Of a stretch of 64,000 nt of DNA, positions 15,986-26,860 are shown one piece after another. The DNA comes from Candidatus Altimarinota bacterium (GTDB lineage: Bacteria; Patescibacteriota; Gracilibacteria; 1-14-2-50-48-13). A program made the translations under genes and the position numbers. Numbering within the stretch: position 1 is the first letter of the stretch; every line of letters starts with the position of its first letter. Location of the stretch: positions 1,056,001-1,120,000 of the forward strand of contig JBKBWQ010000001.1 of NCBI GenBank assembly GCA_046314355.1. The letters run 5' to 3'. The notes beneath the pieces are model-generated. The model was not told the DNA's origin. It made no database searches and worked only from the letters and a program-made list of their open reading frames with translations.

Positions 15986-18209
15986 ACTCCTCATTCACTT
16001 CTTCACTCTCTCCACAACTATCACACTTCACCATACCTTTCTTCTGCCATAGAGTCATACCTCCGCACTTTGTGCAAGGCTTCTCATAAGGCTTATTCCA
16101 TACTGCTTTCTTACAATCAGGATATCTTGAGCATGAGTAGAATAATTTACCTCGTTTGCTTTTTCTCTCCACCATATCTCCCTCCTTACATTCAGGACAT
16201 TTTACACCCGTTGCATTGACGATCGGTGCCGTAAAAGAACAGTCGGGATAATTGGAACATGCAAGGAACTCACCAAAGCGACCTTTCTTGACTATCAATG
16301 GAGATTCGCATTTCTCACATTTTTTATCCGCAAACTTCTGCTCAAGTTCTTTCTTTCTATCTTCCTCTTCTTTCATCGGCTTAATATTCTTACATTCAGG
16401 GTAATTGGAACATGCCATAAATTTTCCAAATCTTCCAAATTTTATAACCATATCATGTTCACATTTGTCACATTTTTCTCCTGTTTTTTCTTCAACTTTC
16501 TGTACTTCCTTTGTCTTTTCTTCCAAAGTCTTTGCAAAAGGCTTATAGAAGTCGTCTATAATAGTCTGCCATTTTACTTCTCCTTCAGAGATACGGTCAA
16601 AGTCTTCTTCAAGTTTTGCAGTAAACTTATAATCCACCTCCTGAGCAAAGTGCTCTACAAGAAGATCATTTACTACAAAGGCTATATCCGTTGGCCAAAG
16701 ATGTTTTTCTTTCTTTTCTACATAACCCTTATCAATAATCGTAGAGATTGTCGGAGCATACGTACTCGGTCTACCGATGCCTTCAGATTCTAGTTTCTTA
16801 ACAAGTGTTGCCTCAGTGTATCGTGCAGGTGGTTTTGTAAAACTTTGAATAGTATCAAACTTGTTCTTTGTACAGATCTCACCCTTATTCATTTTTGGAA
16901 GCAACCCTTCCTCTTCGTCATCTGTATCAGTACCTTCTATATATAGCTTCATAAAACCTGCAAAAAGGATTGCTGTTCCTTTTGCGATAAAAGCATGCTT
17001 TGGATGTCCCTGCGGGTTGAGAGTCACCGTTGTGTTCTCAAGCTCAGCAAGAGCCATCTGAGTAGCAAGAGTACGCTTCCAGATAAGAGAGTAGAGCTTG
17101 TACTGCTGAGGTTCGAGAAAGTCTTTTAACTGCTCTGGTGTCATTGCCAAATTTGTAGGTCGGATAGCTTCATGCGCTTCCTGTGCTCCTTTTGCTTTTG
17201 TCTTATATTTTCGTGGAGCTGAAAGGGCATACTCTTTGCCGTATATTTCAGTGATTACTTCCTTTGCCTGTGTAAGTGCTGTTTCGGCAAGGTTCACACT
17301 ATCCGTTCTCATATACGTAATAAGACCTTGTACTCCTGAACCAATATCAATACCTTCGTAGAGCTGCTGGGCGAGACGCATAGTCTGCTTTACACCAAAT
17401 CCATGTTTTCGGGATGCTTCCTGCTGAAGAGTAGAAGTAGTAAATGGAGCAGCAGGTGTTCTGCTTGCTGCTTTTGTTTTAACGTCAGCAACCTCATATT
17501 CTCCAACACCTGATAATAAATCAGAAATTGCTTTTGCTTCTTCCGCATTTCCTACCTTGATTTTCTTTCCATTCACAGTTTCAAGTTTTGCCTTAAACAT
17601 GTGACCATCCTTTGAAGAGAGTTCCACAATGATATTCCAGAATTCTTCAGGAACAAAGGCAAGTACCTCTCTTTCTTTTTCTACTATAAATCGTACTGCC
17701 ACACTCTGTACACGTCCTGCAGAGAGTCCTTTTCGTACTTTTTTCCAAAGAAAAGGGGAGAGTTTATAACCTACAAGTCTATCCAAGATACGTCTTGCCT
17801 GCTGTGCATCTACAAGGTGATCATTCAGTTTTCTAGGAGTTTTAATAGCATGCATGATTGCATCCTTTGTAATCTCATGGAATACAATTCTCTCATAATT
17901 ATCCTTTGATATCTTCAAAGCACCCATGAGATGCCATGCAATAGCTTCTCCTTCGCGGTCCTCATCGGTTGCGAGCAGGACTGTGTCAGAGTTCTTCATA
18001 GCTTCTTTGAGCTCCTTTACGGTTTTACTCTTTTCCTTACTCACCACATATTCAGGTTCATAATTTTTATCTACATCTACTCCAAGATTTTTTTCAGGCA
18101 AATCCCGTATATGCCCCATGGAGGCTTTCACAATATAAGAACTACCTAAAAATCTACTAATAGTTTTAGCTTTTGTAGGAGACTCAACGATTACAAGTGT
18201 TTTCTTCAC
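15984..18209 (-). CDS. topA: DNA topoisomerase I
   Basis: LVIVESPTKAKTI, ATDEDREGEAIAWH, SAGRVQS, LITYMRTDS, QEAHEAIRPT, C-terminal Zn ribbons. Confidence 0.98.
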   Translation of the reverse strand: MKKTLVIVESPTKAKTISRFLGSSYIVKASMGHIRDLPEKNLGVDVDKNYEPEYVVSKEKSKTVKELKEAMKNSDTVLLATDEDREGEAIAWHLMGALKISKDNYERIVFHEITKDAIMHAIKTPRKLNDHLVDAQQARRILDRLVGYKLSPFLWKKVRKGLSAGRVQSVAVRFIVEKEREVLAFVPEEFWNIIVELSSKDGHMFKAKLETVNGKKIKVGNAEEAKAISDLLSGVGEYEVADVKTKAASRTPAAPFTTSTLQQEASRKHGFGVKQTMRLAQQLYEGIDIGSGVQGLITYMRTDSVNLAETALTQAKEVITEIYGKEYALSAPRKYKTKAKGAQEAHEAIRPTNLAMTPEQLKDFLEPQQYKLYSLIWKRTLATQMALAELENTTVTLNPQGHPKHAFIAKGTAILFAGFMKLYIEGTDTDDEEEGLLPKMNKGEICTKNKFDTIQSFTKPPARYTEATLVKKLESEGIGRPSTYAPTISTIIDKGYVEKKEKHLWPTDIAFVVNDLLVEHFAQEVDYKFTAKLEEDFDRISEGEVKWQTIIDDFYKPFAKTLEEKTKEVQKVEEKTGEKCDKCEHDMVIKFGRFGKFMACSNYPECKNIKPMKEEEDRKKELEQKFADKKCEKCESPLIVKKGRFGEFLACSNYPDCSFTAPIVNATGVKCPECKEGDMVERKSKRGKLFYSCSRYPDCKKAVWNKPYEKPCTKCGGMTLWQKKGMVKCDSCGESEEVNEE

Positions 18210-18233
18210 GAGACAAAAATGTTATTAAAGTGT

Positions 18234-18857
18234 CTAGACAATACGTATTGCTCCGAAGTAAAGGAGTATTCCTATAGATCCAAAAAGTATGGCTGCAAGC
18301 ACAAATACTAAATAGACAGATTTGATTTTCCTTTCAATCCGAAGACTTTGAAAAGCTTCTGAGAGTTCTTTTTCTTTTACCTCCATGAGACTTTTGAGTT
18401 CAGCATTTTGATCCTCAAGAGTATCTTTTTCCTTTGAATATTCCAGGAGTGGAACGGTATTTTTAATTTCAAACTCAATTTTTCCAAGTCTGTAGTTCAG
18501 TATTTCTACTTCTCTCTGCTTTTTATCAAGCTCCTGCTTTGTATTATCATAGAGATTCTTAAATATCTGATTTTCAATATCTTTATAACTAGCAGAGCTC
18601 AGATCAATAGGAGCAACTGCTTTTTGTTCATGAGCTTTGCTCTCTGATACAATAGAAACCTGCTCTACATTCTGAACAAGAGTATTCTTAAGTGATTCCA
18701 GCTCATCCTTAGATAAGTAGACATGATGTCCTACTTTCTTAAAAGTAAGTTTTCCGGCACGTATATAACGGTCAACGGTACGCTCAGAGACCTGTAGAAA
18801 GTCAGATGCTTCTTTTCTGTCTACATTGTAGAGCGCTCTATCCTCAGTTCTAACCAT
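18234..18857 (-). CDS. Xis/MerR-type HTH + coiled-coil + C-terminal TM protein
   Basis: 'EASDFLQVSERTVDRYIRAGKL' HTH; coiled coil; terminal hydrophobic helix. Confidence 0.8.
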   Translation of the reverse strand: MVRTEDRALYNVDRKEASDFLQVSERTVDRYIRAGKLTFKKVGHHVYLSKDELESLKNTLVQNVEQVSIVSESKAHEQKAVAPIDLSSASYKDIENQIFKNLYDNTKQELDKKQREVEILNYRLGKIEFEIKNTVPLLEYSKEKDTLEDQNAELKSLMEVKEKELSEAFQSLRIERKIKSVYLVFVLAAILFGSIGILLYFGAIRIV

Positions 18858-18962
18858 AGCAAAGATTATAGGGTACAGTCTCCCCCTACGGTAAAGATTT
18901 TTAAAGTAAAATCAAGCTGATTGTTCTGGACAAAACAAATAAGTGCTATATCTGTCTACTTT

Positions 18963-19826
18963 CTATCGTCGTGTTAGCAGCCATGATACAAGGTATCCGC
19001 CGAATACTAGGAATGGAAGTACAAGAAAAGAGTAGACATGTCCATTAATAGGGACAGTCAGAAGTACGTTATAAATACCATGAAACAACACTGCAGCTAA
19101 AGCACCTTCTATTACAAGCTCTCTTGCATTTGCCCCTTTCCAGCCTTTGAGAGCTTCTGGACCTTTTAAAGTCCGGATCTGTGCACGAGTAACAGCAAAG
19201 ATAAAGTTTCTTGGGCGTATCCTTTTTATTAAGTCCCATATTCCCAAAGATATAGCACTACTAGTTATCACTAGAGGATTTGGAGCAATATAAGCTCTCG
19301 CATAGAGAAAACCAAATACTCCGGAGAAAAATGTATGTCCAAACATAGTTACTGCATTTCTGACCACGTAGAGTTCAAGTAAGTCTTTGCCTAGTCCATA
19401 CTGCTGAAAGCAAAGCCAGGAGTAAAAAATATTTTCTACAAAGGAGAATCCCAGCGCTGCGACGACTGCATAAATCACACCATCAGATAAATCATTTGTA
19501 CACTCTTTGCTTCTTTTCATGACTGCAAGTGCTCCGATATGTTTACACATTTCCTCCAAAAAAGCTGCCCAGAAGAGAGAAATAATAATACTTACTAAAG
19601 AACTGCCGAATAATGCATGCCAGCCAATTTGGGGTATCCATCCTGATAGAGACCTAAGTAAGAAGAAAGGAAGAGTCGCAGCACCTCCAGCTATAAAGGC
19701 CCAAAAGATGAGATTGTGCGGTTCTTCAGTACTATCTTTTCTCAGATAAAAAGCCATCCAGAGCATGGCGGGGAAAATATTGAGAAAAATACCTAAAAGA
19801 AGAAATATGAGGGAATACGTACTCAT
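18963..19826 (-). CDS. PrsW-family intramembrane glutamic protease
   Basis: EEMCK, ALGFSFVEN, H-x-x-F-S-G and HGIYN motifs. Confidence 0.9.
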   Translation of the reverse strand: MSTYSLIFLLLGIFLNIFPAMLWMAFYLRKDSTEEPHNLIFWAFIAGGAATLPFFLLRSLSGWIPQIGWHALFGSSLVSIIISLFWAAFLEEMCKHIGALAVMKRSKECTNDLSDGVIYAVVAALGFSFVENIFYSWLCFQQYGLGKDLLELYVVRNAVTMFGHTFFSGVFGFLYARAYIAPNPLVITSSAISLGIWDLIKRIRPRNFIFAVTRAQIRTLKGPEALKGWKGANARELVIEGALAAVLFHGIYNVLLTVPINGHVYSFLVLPFLVFGGYLVSWLLTRR

Positions 19827-20152
19827 AGAACAGTATGCTCGAGAAACTCATAACTATTCTCAAGAGATGTGTCTGAGGAGGAAGTAAAATCCTTAAGACG
19901 TTTAATAAATATTTTATAAATCCTTCTCTCAGTAAAAAGACTTCCGTAAAGTGCCTGACGGCATACAAGAAGGTCAAGATTGATCTGATTTTTTTCCTTA
20001 TCACGTACGTAGAATAAAGTCCGTACGTATATATTCCGGGCATGTAACGCTACCTGATCCCTTTCTAACCAAAGGAAGCCAAGCCGTACTACCAAGAGGA
20101 TTACCCCAATGATACACGGAAAGATGATAAGTAGTACAGTCTGGAAAGACAT
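19823..20152 (-). CDS. Hypothetical protein with N-terminal TM
   Basis: Fills the gap between mfd and the PrsW gene, with ATGA overlap. Confidence 0.6.
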   Translation of the reverse strand: MSFQTVLLIIFPCIIGVILLVVRLGFLWLERDQVALHARNIYVRTLFYVRDKEKNQINLDLLVCRQALYGSLFTERRIYKIFIKRLKDFTSSSDTSLENSYEFLEHTVL

Positions 20153-20164
20153 ATACGGTTTTGT

Positions 20165-23100
20165 TTATTTTTTGATAAGTTTTTTAGGGATTTCTCCTAA
20201 AGCCTGGAGACTATCCTTCAAAGCATTATACCACTCTTTTCCTAGATCATCAAGACTTACCTTAAGCCGGTCCCCTGAGATAAACCATTTGTTGTTAAAG
20301 TTCAGCAGACTAAATATATTTTCAGGCTTCATCTGTTTGTTCATAAGAAGATTTACTTCTCGAAGTCCGTGCGGCTGGTTAAATACGCGTACAGCATCCA
20401 CATTACCTCTTCGGGCATAGATCTTGAGATGTATTGCCTTAAAGAGATTCTGAACCTCCACAGGCATATTACCATAGTCTTCCTTGAGCTGTTCTTCCTG
20501 TGCTTCTAGTTCCTCAACGGTTTTGATCGAAGATAATCTCTGATAGACACTTATCTTTTCTTCATATTCATGGATATATGAGTCTGGAATATATGCAGTA
20601 AGCGGAAGCTCCACTGCGATATCCTTTTGTTCCTCCTGTTCTTCTTCATTCTCATTTGTGTTTCCGCCATTAGCTCTAAGTTCATCAAGCATTTGGTTGA
20701 GGAGCCGCACAAAGTGGCTCACACCTACACTATTCATCATTCCATGCTGGGATGAACCAAGTATCTCTCCAGCACCTCGTATCTCAAGATCCTTCATAGC
20801 AATCTGGAAGCCGCTTCCAAGTTCTGATGCCTCTACGATGGCACGAAGTCTTTTCTTTGCATCCATACTCAACGTACGGGATGAATAAAGAAGATATGTA
20901 TATGCCTGAGTTCTAGATCTTCCTACTCGTCCGCGCAGCTGGTAGAGCTGAGAGAGCCCAAAGTTATCTGCATTATTTACAATAAGTGTATTTGCATTCG
21001 GCAGGTCTATTCCATTTTCAATAATGGTCGAACTGATTAGCACATCGTATTCTTTTTCTTTAAAAGAAACGATACGTTTCTCAAGCATATGAGGCTCCAT
21101 CTGTCCGTGAGCGACTAAAAACCTTGCTTCCGGTATAAGAAGAGCAAGTTTTGCTGCAATCGCTTCAATGGTTCGAACCTTATTATGGAGGAAATAGACC
21201 TGACCTCCTCTTTTGATTTCTTTTAAAATCGCATCCCGTATAAGCCCATCCGAGAATTTACGAACCTCAGTAATAATCGGTAGTCTTCCAGGAGGAGGAG
21301 TCGTGATAGTCGTAATATCCCGAAGATTATTAAGACTCATATGAAGTGTACGCGGGATAGGAGTAGCAGTAAGTGTCAGTACGTCCACATTACATCTAAA
21401 CTCCTTCAGTCTTTCTTTTTGCTTTACTCCAAATCTCTGTTCCTCATCTACGATTACAAGCCCTAGATCCTTAAATTTTACATCTGACTGAATAAGACGG
21501 TGAGTACCGATCAGGATATCAATATTGCCTTTTTCTAGTTCTCGGAGAACTTCCTTTTGTTCGGCAGGGCTTCTAAATCGGCTAAGTAATTCAACACGAA
21601 TATTAAATCCGCTTAAACGTTTCACAAATGATTTGTAATGCTGATCTGCAAGGATAGTAATAGGAGAAATAAATGCTACCTGTTTTTTATTCTCTGCTGC
21701 CTTAAAAGCAGCTCTCAACGCTACCTCAGTCTTTCCAAAACCTACATCTCCACATACGAGACGATCCATTGGACGCTCCTTTTCCATATCACTTTTGACA
21801 TCATTGATAGCTTTAATCTGTCCAGGAGTCTCATCATAGGGGAAAGTACTTTCAAATTTTTCTTGCGCGACTGTATCCATACTAAAAGCAAATCCTTTTG
21901 CCATTTCACGCTTTGCGTATAATACCAGTAATTCCTTAGCTATTTTTTTCGCTTCTTTTTTTACTTTTTTTGTAAGAGTTTGCCATTCAGTAGAGTCTAG
22001 TCTTGTGAGTTTTGGCGGTTTTTCATCATTGGATATAAATTTGCTAATCTTATCCGCTTGATCTGTAGGAACAAATAGTTTGTCATTATCTGCATACTGA
22101 ATTTCAAGATATTCTTTAATGAGACCTCCTATTTCTTTTTTCTGAATACCAGTAAATCTTCCTATACCATGCTCAAGATGAACAATATAATCTCCAGGTT
22201 TCAGCGATGAGAGAAACTCAAATACCACATTGTGATTAGCATTGATTTTTTTCTTCTGCTTACTTGTAAATATTTCCCTATCTGTGAGCACTGAAAGCAT
22301 CTGCTCAGAATTCTGAAATGATCTTGGGATACTTTCATCGGGCAGAGCATCCCGAAAAAGAATTACTCCTTTACCGCGTTTGTATTGTTTAAAAAAATCC
22401 TTCCACTCTTCCACATACAAAATATCATTATCAAGAAAGAGTCTCTTGAGTTCCTCCTTATGCTTTGTATAAAGCACCATGCGCCAGTTGCGGATATAGC
22501 GCTCCTTAAGATCATTGAGGAAATCTGCAATAGAATAATATTTCAAAAGCGACAGATAGCGCAGATGCACAAAGTCTTCCTCTTCTTCTGGAAAAGAAGT
22601 GAGGGAAATTGTATGACTTCTAGATTTGAGTTTTTCAAGGCGCTCTTCGGCATTCAGTCCTGTCTCCTGAATACTGAACTGACTCATCTCAACTTCATCC
22701 GCCACAAGATATGTCTTTTCACCAATACAGTCCATTAAAAATGCATCAGCATTCTTAAACTGCATCGGAAAGATTTCATAAGTTTTCTTTTGATCAAGAA
22801 TCTTCTGTGATTCCTGTGAAAAAGTATATATCTCCTCAATACTTTCTCCAAAAAAAGATACCTTTATCGGATGTTCACTGTTGATTGGAAAAATACTTAA
22901 CACATCTCCAATATTACGGTACTGTCCCGGCTCCAAGAACTTATCTTCCACCTGCCTATATCCAGCTCTCACAAGCTGATCAAAAAAACGGTACTGAGAA
23001 ATCCCGTCACCAATCTTAAATCTTACAAGCTCTTCATCAATATGAGATTTACGAGGTACTTTTAAAAACAAAAACTCCGGAACTATGAGTGCAATACCTT

Positions 23101-23446
23101 CTTTTTTTCCTGCAATAAAATCTAGAAAACTAACAATTTCCTTTTGTACTGAAAAAGTATTCTCACTGATCCCGAAAACAAAAATCTCTTCAGAAAAGAA
23201 AAATTTAAGTGTCGTTAGTAATTCAGAAATTTCGTTTCTAGAATTAGCTATCCATAAAAGACGCTTTTCTTTAAGCTGCTCAAAGAGACTAGCAATAAAA
23301 AAAGCCTTCGAAAAAGGATTACCTGAACCAGCCACCTCTAAATGGCTACTCTTATGAAGTTGCTGAAGAACCTCTGCATGTAGGCCGAGAGATACAAGAT
23401 CCTTAAGAGGAGCGTGGGAAGATGACATGGATACTTTAAAAAACAA
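20165..23446 (-). CDS. mfd: Transcription-repair coupling factor
   Basis: CarD-like 'VHLEHGIG', [41 protein letters not shown] domain; start may be 23428. Confidence 0.97.
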   Translation of the reverse strand: MFFKVSMSSSHAPLKDLVSLGLHAEVLQQLHKSSHLEVAGSGNPFSKAFFIASLFEQLKEKRLLWIANSRNEISELLTTLKFFFSEEIFVFGISENTFSVQKEIVSFLDFIAGKKEGIALIVPEFLFLKVPRKSHIDEELVRFKIGDGISQYRFFDQLVRAGYRQVEDKFLEPGQYRNIGDVLSIFPINSEHPIKVSFFGESIEEIYTFSQESQKILDQKKTYEIFPMQFKNADAFLMDCIGEKTYLVADEVEMSQFSIQETGLNAEERLEKLKSRSHTISLTSFPEEEEDFVHLRYLSLLKYYSIADFLNDLKERYIRNWRMVLYTKHKEELKRLFLDNDILYVEEWKDFFKQYKRGKGVILFRDALPDESIPRSFQNSEQMLSVLTDREIFTSKQKKKINANHNVVFEFLSSLKPGDYIVHLEHGIGRFTGIQKKEIGGLIKEYLEIQYADNDKLFVPTDQADKISKFISNDEKPPKLTRLDSTEWQTLTKKVKKEAKKIAKELLVLYAKREMAKGFAFSMDTVAQEKFESTFPYDETPGQIKAINDVKSDMEKERPMDRLVCGDVGFGKTEVALRAAFKAAENKKQVAFISPITILADQHYKSFVKRLSGFNIRVELLSRFRSPAEQKEVLRELEKGNIDILIGTHRLIQSDVKFKDLGLVIVDEEQRFGVKQKERLKEFRCNVDVLTLTATPIPRTLHMSLNNLRDITTITTPPPGRLPIITEVRKFSDGLIRDAILKEIKRGGQVYFLHNKVRTIEAIAAKLALLIPEARFLVAHGQMEPHMLEKRIVSFKEKEYDVLISSTIIENGIDLPNANTLIVNNADNFGLSQLYQLRGRVGRSRTQAYTYLLYSSRTLSMDAKKRLRAIVEASELGSGFQIAMKDLEIRGAGEILGSSQHGMMNSVGVSHFVRLLNQMLDELRANGGNTNENEEEQEEQKDIAVELPLTAYIPDSYIHEYEEKISVYQRLSSIKTVEELEAQEEQLKEDYGNMPVEVQNLFKAIHLKIYARRGNVDAVRVFNQPHGLREVNLLMNKQMKPENIFSLLNFNNKWFISGDRLKVSLDDLGKEWYNALKDSLQALGEIPKKLIKK

Positions 23447-23537
23447 ACAACTGACGCAAAAAAGGCGCCCACGTGCTTAACATACTTAGCCTACAGTATG
23501 TATAAACGAATTGCAAGAAATTATGAGGAATAAAATC

Positions 23538-23644
23538 AGTAAAGTAATTGAGTAAATAGTAATTAAGTCATTAAGGGTGTAGATGAAGACTTCGTTATGA
23601 GTCTTCACTTAATTACTAAGTGTCTCAATTACTTATTTACTCAA
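23538..23644. repeat. Palindromic AGTAA(TT)-type intergenic element
   Basis: ttgagtaaatagtaatt...aattacttatttactcaa arms around a tgaagact/agtcttca hairpin. Confidence 0.6.
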
Positions 23645-23654
23645 CCACTTGATC

Positions 23655-24794
23655 TTAGTTTCTAAGCGGCATAATCAAATGAAGATAACTACTGTCTACT
23701 TGTCCTTTTTCTGTGCAAGGAGCAAATACTGCAGCGCTTAGAGGCTGAACGCATGCAAGTTCTAGAGTATCGGTCCCGATATGATTGAGAAATTCAATTA
23801 CATACTGAGAATTAAGGGCAATCTTCATTCCTTCCCCCTGTACTTCCAGTAGAGGAATCGTCGTCTGCTCCTCACCAATCTCTGAAGCATCTGAATAAAT
23901 AGCAAGGATCTTTTCCTCAGGTTTAATATCAAATTTTACATTAAAATTATTTTCTTTCGCAAAAAGACTTACTCGTTTTAAACCTAGAAGAAATTCAGAT
24001 GAAGCAACTACCAAAGTTGTACGTTTTTCAGCTGGAATAATCTGCTTATAATCAGGGAATTCGCCTTCAATCAGACGGGAAGTCAGCTTTGTACCTCCGC
24101 ATTCAAAAAGCACCTGATTACGTGCCACATGCACTATAAGCTGCTGATTCTTAAGATCATCCTTTGTAAATACACGCATTACCTCGCCCAATGTCTTGGA
24201 AGGCACTATCATCTTCATAGATTCAAGATCATCAGATGTATGTACTAGCATCTTTTTCTGAGAAAGTCTAAAACTATCAGTGGATGCCAGAATAAGTTCT
24301 TTTTCTTTTACTGAAAAAAATACTCCTGCTAAAATAGGTCTTGTCGTGTTACTGCTTGCTGAGAAAAGCGTCTTTCCAAGAGAATCTATAAAATCTTTCC
24401 GATCAATTTGGAAGACAAAGTACTCCTCAACCTTTGGAATAATCGGAAATTCTTCAGCCGCAATTCCCTTAATCTTCGTATTTGAAGTTGGGGAAGTAAT
24501 AGACATCGCACTGCCTGCTGTGGTTTCTACATTGATCGTTGTATGTGCAGGCAAGAGTGTTACGTACTGCACAAGCAGCTTAGCTGGAATTGTAATCGTG
24601 CCTTCTTCCTGAATGTCTACATCGATGTACGTTTCAATGGAAATTTCCAGATCCGTTGCTGTCAAATACAAAACGCTCCCTTCCGCCTTGAGTAAAATAT
24701 TATCAAGTACGGGAAGAGTTGTGTGTGATGCTATTGCCTTTGAAACTGTCTGCAGTCCTTCAGCAAAAATTTCCTGTGTACATGAAAATTTCAT
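23655..24794 (-). CDS. dnaN: DNA polymerase III beta sliding clamp
   Basis: 'ATDLEI', 'STDSFRL', 'SRLIEGEFPDY', C-terminal 'LIMPLR'. Confidence 0.97.
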   Translation of the reverse strand: MKFSCTQEIFAEGLQTVSKAIASHTTLPVLDNILLKAEGSVLYLTATDLEISIETYIDVDIQEEGTITIPAKLLVQYVTLLPAHTTINVETTAGSAMSITSPTSNTKIKGIAAEEFPIIPKVEEYFVFQIDRKDFIDSLGKTLFSASSNTTRPILAGVFFSVKEKELILASTDSFRLSQKKMLVHTSDDLESMKMIVPSKTLGEVMRVFTKDDLKNQQLIVHVARNQVLFECGGTKLTSRLIEGEFPDYKQIIPAEKRTTLVVASSEFLLGLKRVSLFAKENNFNVKFDIKPEEKILAIYSDASEIGEEQTTIPLLEVQGEGMKIALNSQYVIEFLNHIGTDTLELACVQPLSAAVFAPCTEKGQVDSSYLHLIMPLRN

Positions 24795-24799
24795 ACCTT

Positions 24800-25390
24800 T
24801 ATCGAAAATGTTAATATCAAGTAACCCTTAGTCTACACATGTTTTTTATTATGTAAATTTAATAAATATAAAGAACTCGTAGTACTCGTAGCCATTGCGA
24901 ACATATAAAGAATAGTGTCATAATAGTACTATTTGTAAGTTGGCTCTAGTAAATACTTTATATAAATAAATAGCTCCTAGTCTAGACATTGAAAAACAGC
25001 AAAAAACATAGTGTTTGTATCAGAGAGTTTTTTTTGTATGCAGTTCTAATCTGCTCTCACACAAAGAAATCAGAGTCCGTTCATAACGATGTGCAGAGGA
25101 TGTGTATAACTTGTGTAGAAAAGAATGTCGATGTAGACAACAAAGGATTGAGCCTTGTCTATGCCTCATATCCAAAGAATTCGTTTATAGTGCTAGTCTA
25201 GATATAATGTAAAGCCGTTTTTTTGTGAATTGCTTTACATAAGTATACTACTATCAATGGTTACCTATGTGCATGTCAAGTTTTAGAGTTTTTAACAGAA
25301 AAGTGTACAGAGCAGAGTTATTGACAAATAGTCATTATAAAAAAAATCCCTGCTCGGGAGCAAGGATACGAAGATGATATTTTAAGAAAG
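24800..25390. other. Candidate replication origin region
   Basis: ~600-bp intergenic region upstream of dnaN; perfect TTATACACA (minus strand, 25101-25109) with 1-2-mismatch boxes nearby; AT-rich tracts. Confidence 0.4.
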
Positions 25391-25394
25391 CTAC

Positions 25395-25739
25395 CTATGC
25401 TTCTTCAAATTCTTCATCTTCAGTTTTGTCTGGATCATCAGTATTTACTGAATCATCATCCTGTTGTGTGTTAGTATTATCTTCTGTATTTGATTCATCA
25501 GACTCTGCTGAATCCTCTTGTTGTGTGTCTAGTTCGTCTGTAGAAATAGAAGACTGCGAGTCCTCATCACTTCCATCGTTTAGAGATGGAGGCTCATCAG
25601 CGGATTTATCATCTGCTTCAGAAGCTCCCTCTTGATCTTCAGTGATAGGTTGTTCTTCCACAACATCTGAAGAATCATTTGTTGATTCTTCTTTAATTAC
25701 TTCAGATTCTACTAAGTCTTTGTTTTCATTTTCAGCCAT
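25395..25739 (-). CDS. Highly acidic, disordered hypothetical protein
   Basis: 114 aa D/E/S-rich; AGGAGG upstream of the ATG on the minus strand. Confidence 0.65.
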   Translation of the reverse strand: MAENENKDLVESEVIKEESTNDSSDVVEEQPITEDQEGASEADDKSADEPPSLNDGSDEDSQSSISTDELDTQQEDSAESDESNTEDNTNTQQDDDSVNTDDPDKTEDEEFEEA

Positions 25740-25908
25740 TTATGGCCTCCTTTTTATAACAATAACGAACAAACAAAGTTATATTCTTTAGGATAAAACT
25801 TACAAGAGAATATGTATTTGTACATATATAAAGATGCAGAAGCAGTTAATACTAAGTATGATAGTATTGTGTTCTGTACAGTATTAACATGATAAAAATT
25901 AGTTTTAT

Positions 25909-26844
25909 CTATACTGCAAATTCAACTAACACAATCTCCGGTGGTACTCCAAGTCTCATAGGCAGTACGACTTCCCCAAGCCCAGATGTAACGAATATAG
26001 GATTATTATGTACTTTATACCATCCTCTATTAAATCCATATTTTGAAGGAATAATCTTATGATAGAGAAGGGGTACTCTTACCTGCCCGCCATGGGTATG
26101 ACCAGCAACTACTAGGTCTGCACAAGCATCAGGGAGCATATAAGATCCGTCTGGATTATGGATGAGTATAATCGTTGGGAGAACGCTTTTTTCTTTTGGC
26201 ACAATAGTAAAATCAGTCTCCCCCTCCCAAATATCACTAAGACCAATAAGGAGATATTGAGAACCTTGAATCTCTATTATTTGTTTTTTATTATCAATAA
26301 CATGGATATATTTAGACAGAGCTGCTCTGACAAGAGTGCTTGAAATAAAACCAGGCTCCTCTGCATCATGGTTGCCTGTGACTGCATAAATGGGGACTGT
26401 AATGTCTTTAAAAGGTACAAATAGCTTCGGAAGGTCTGCTTCCGTTGGTTCATAGATAAAATCTCCCGGTATAAGAACTAGATCTGGATTTAGTGCGTTA
26501 ATTTCTTTTACAATTCTTGTTAAAAACTTATCTCCTTTATACATACCTAAATGCATATCAGCACAGACTACTATGCGTAATAATGTGGTTTTTTTTGATC
26601 TCTTGGTACCAAGTGTCGTTTTTACTATTTTAATTCTGTATGGCTCTATAAAACGAGAATAAATACATAGAACTATCAGAAATAACGCACAAAATAGATA
26701 CAGCCAAGTGCAGTCAGATGTGAAGAAAAACACTACATTCAAAAATAGTATTGGAAATAGAAGATAGCTTCCGTAAAACACTATTCTAAGAATAATATGA
26801 AGATCTCTTTGTGGAAGCATCTGATAAAGCTTATGTCTTTTCAA
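25909..26844 (-). CDS. Membrane-anchored metallophosphoesterase (YkuE/YaeI-like)
   Basis: DMH, GDF, GNHD, HNPD, GHTHGGQ motifs; N-terminal TMs. Confidence 0.92.
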   Translation of the reverse strand: MKRHKLYQMLPQRDLHIILRIVFYGSYLLFPILFLNVVFFFTSDCTWLYLFCALFLIVLCIYSRFIEPYRIKIVKTTLGTKRSKKTTLLRIVVCADMHLGMYKGDKFLTRIVKEINALNPDLVLIPGDFIYEPTEADLPKLFVPFKDITVPIYAVTGNHDAEEPGFISSTLVRAALSKYIHVIDNKKQIIEIQGSQYLLIGLSDIWEGETDFTIVPKEKSVLPTIILIHNPDGSYMLPDACADLVVAGHTHGGQVRVPLLYHKIIPSKYGFNRGWYKVHNNPIFVTSGLGEVVLPMRLGVPPEIVLVEFAV

Positions 26845-26860
26845 TGCCGTAGGTTAAATG

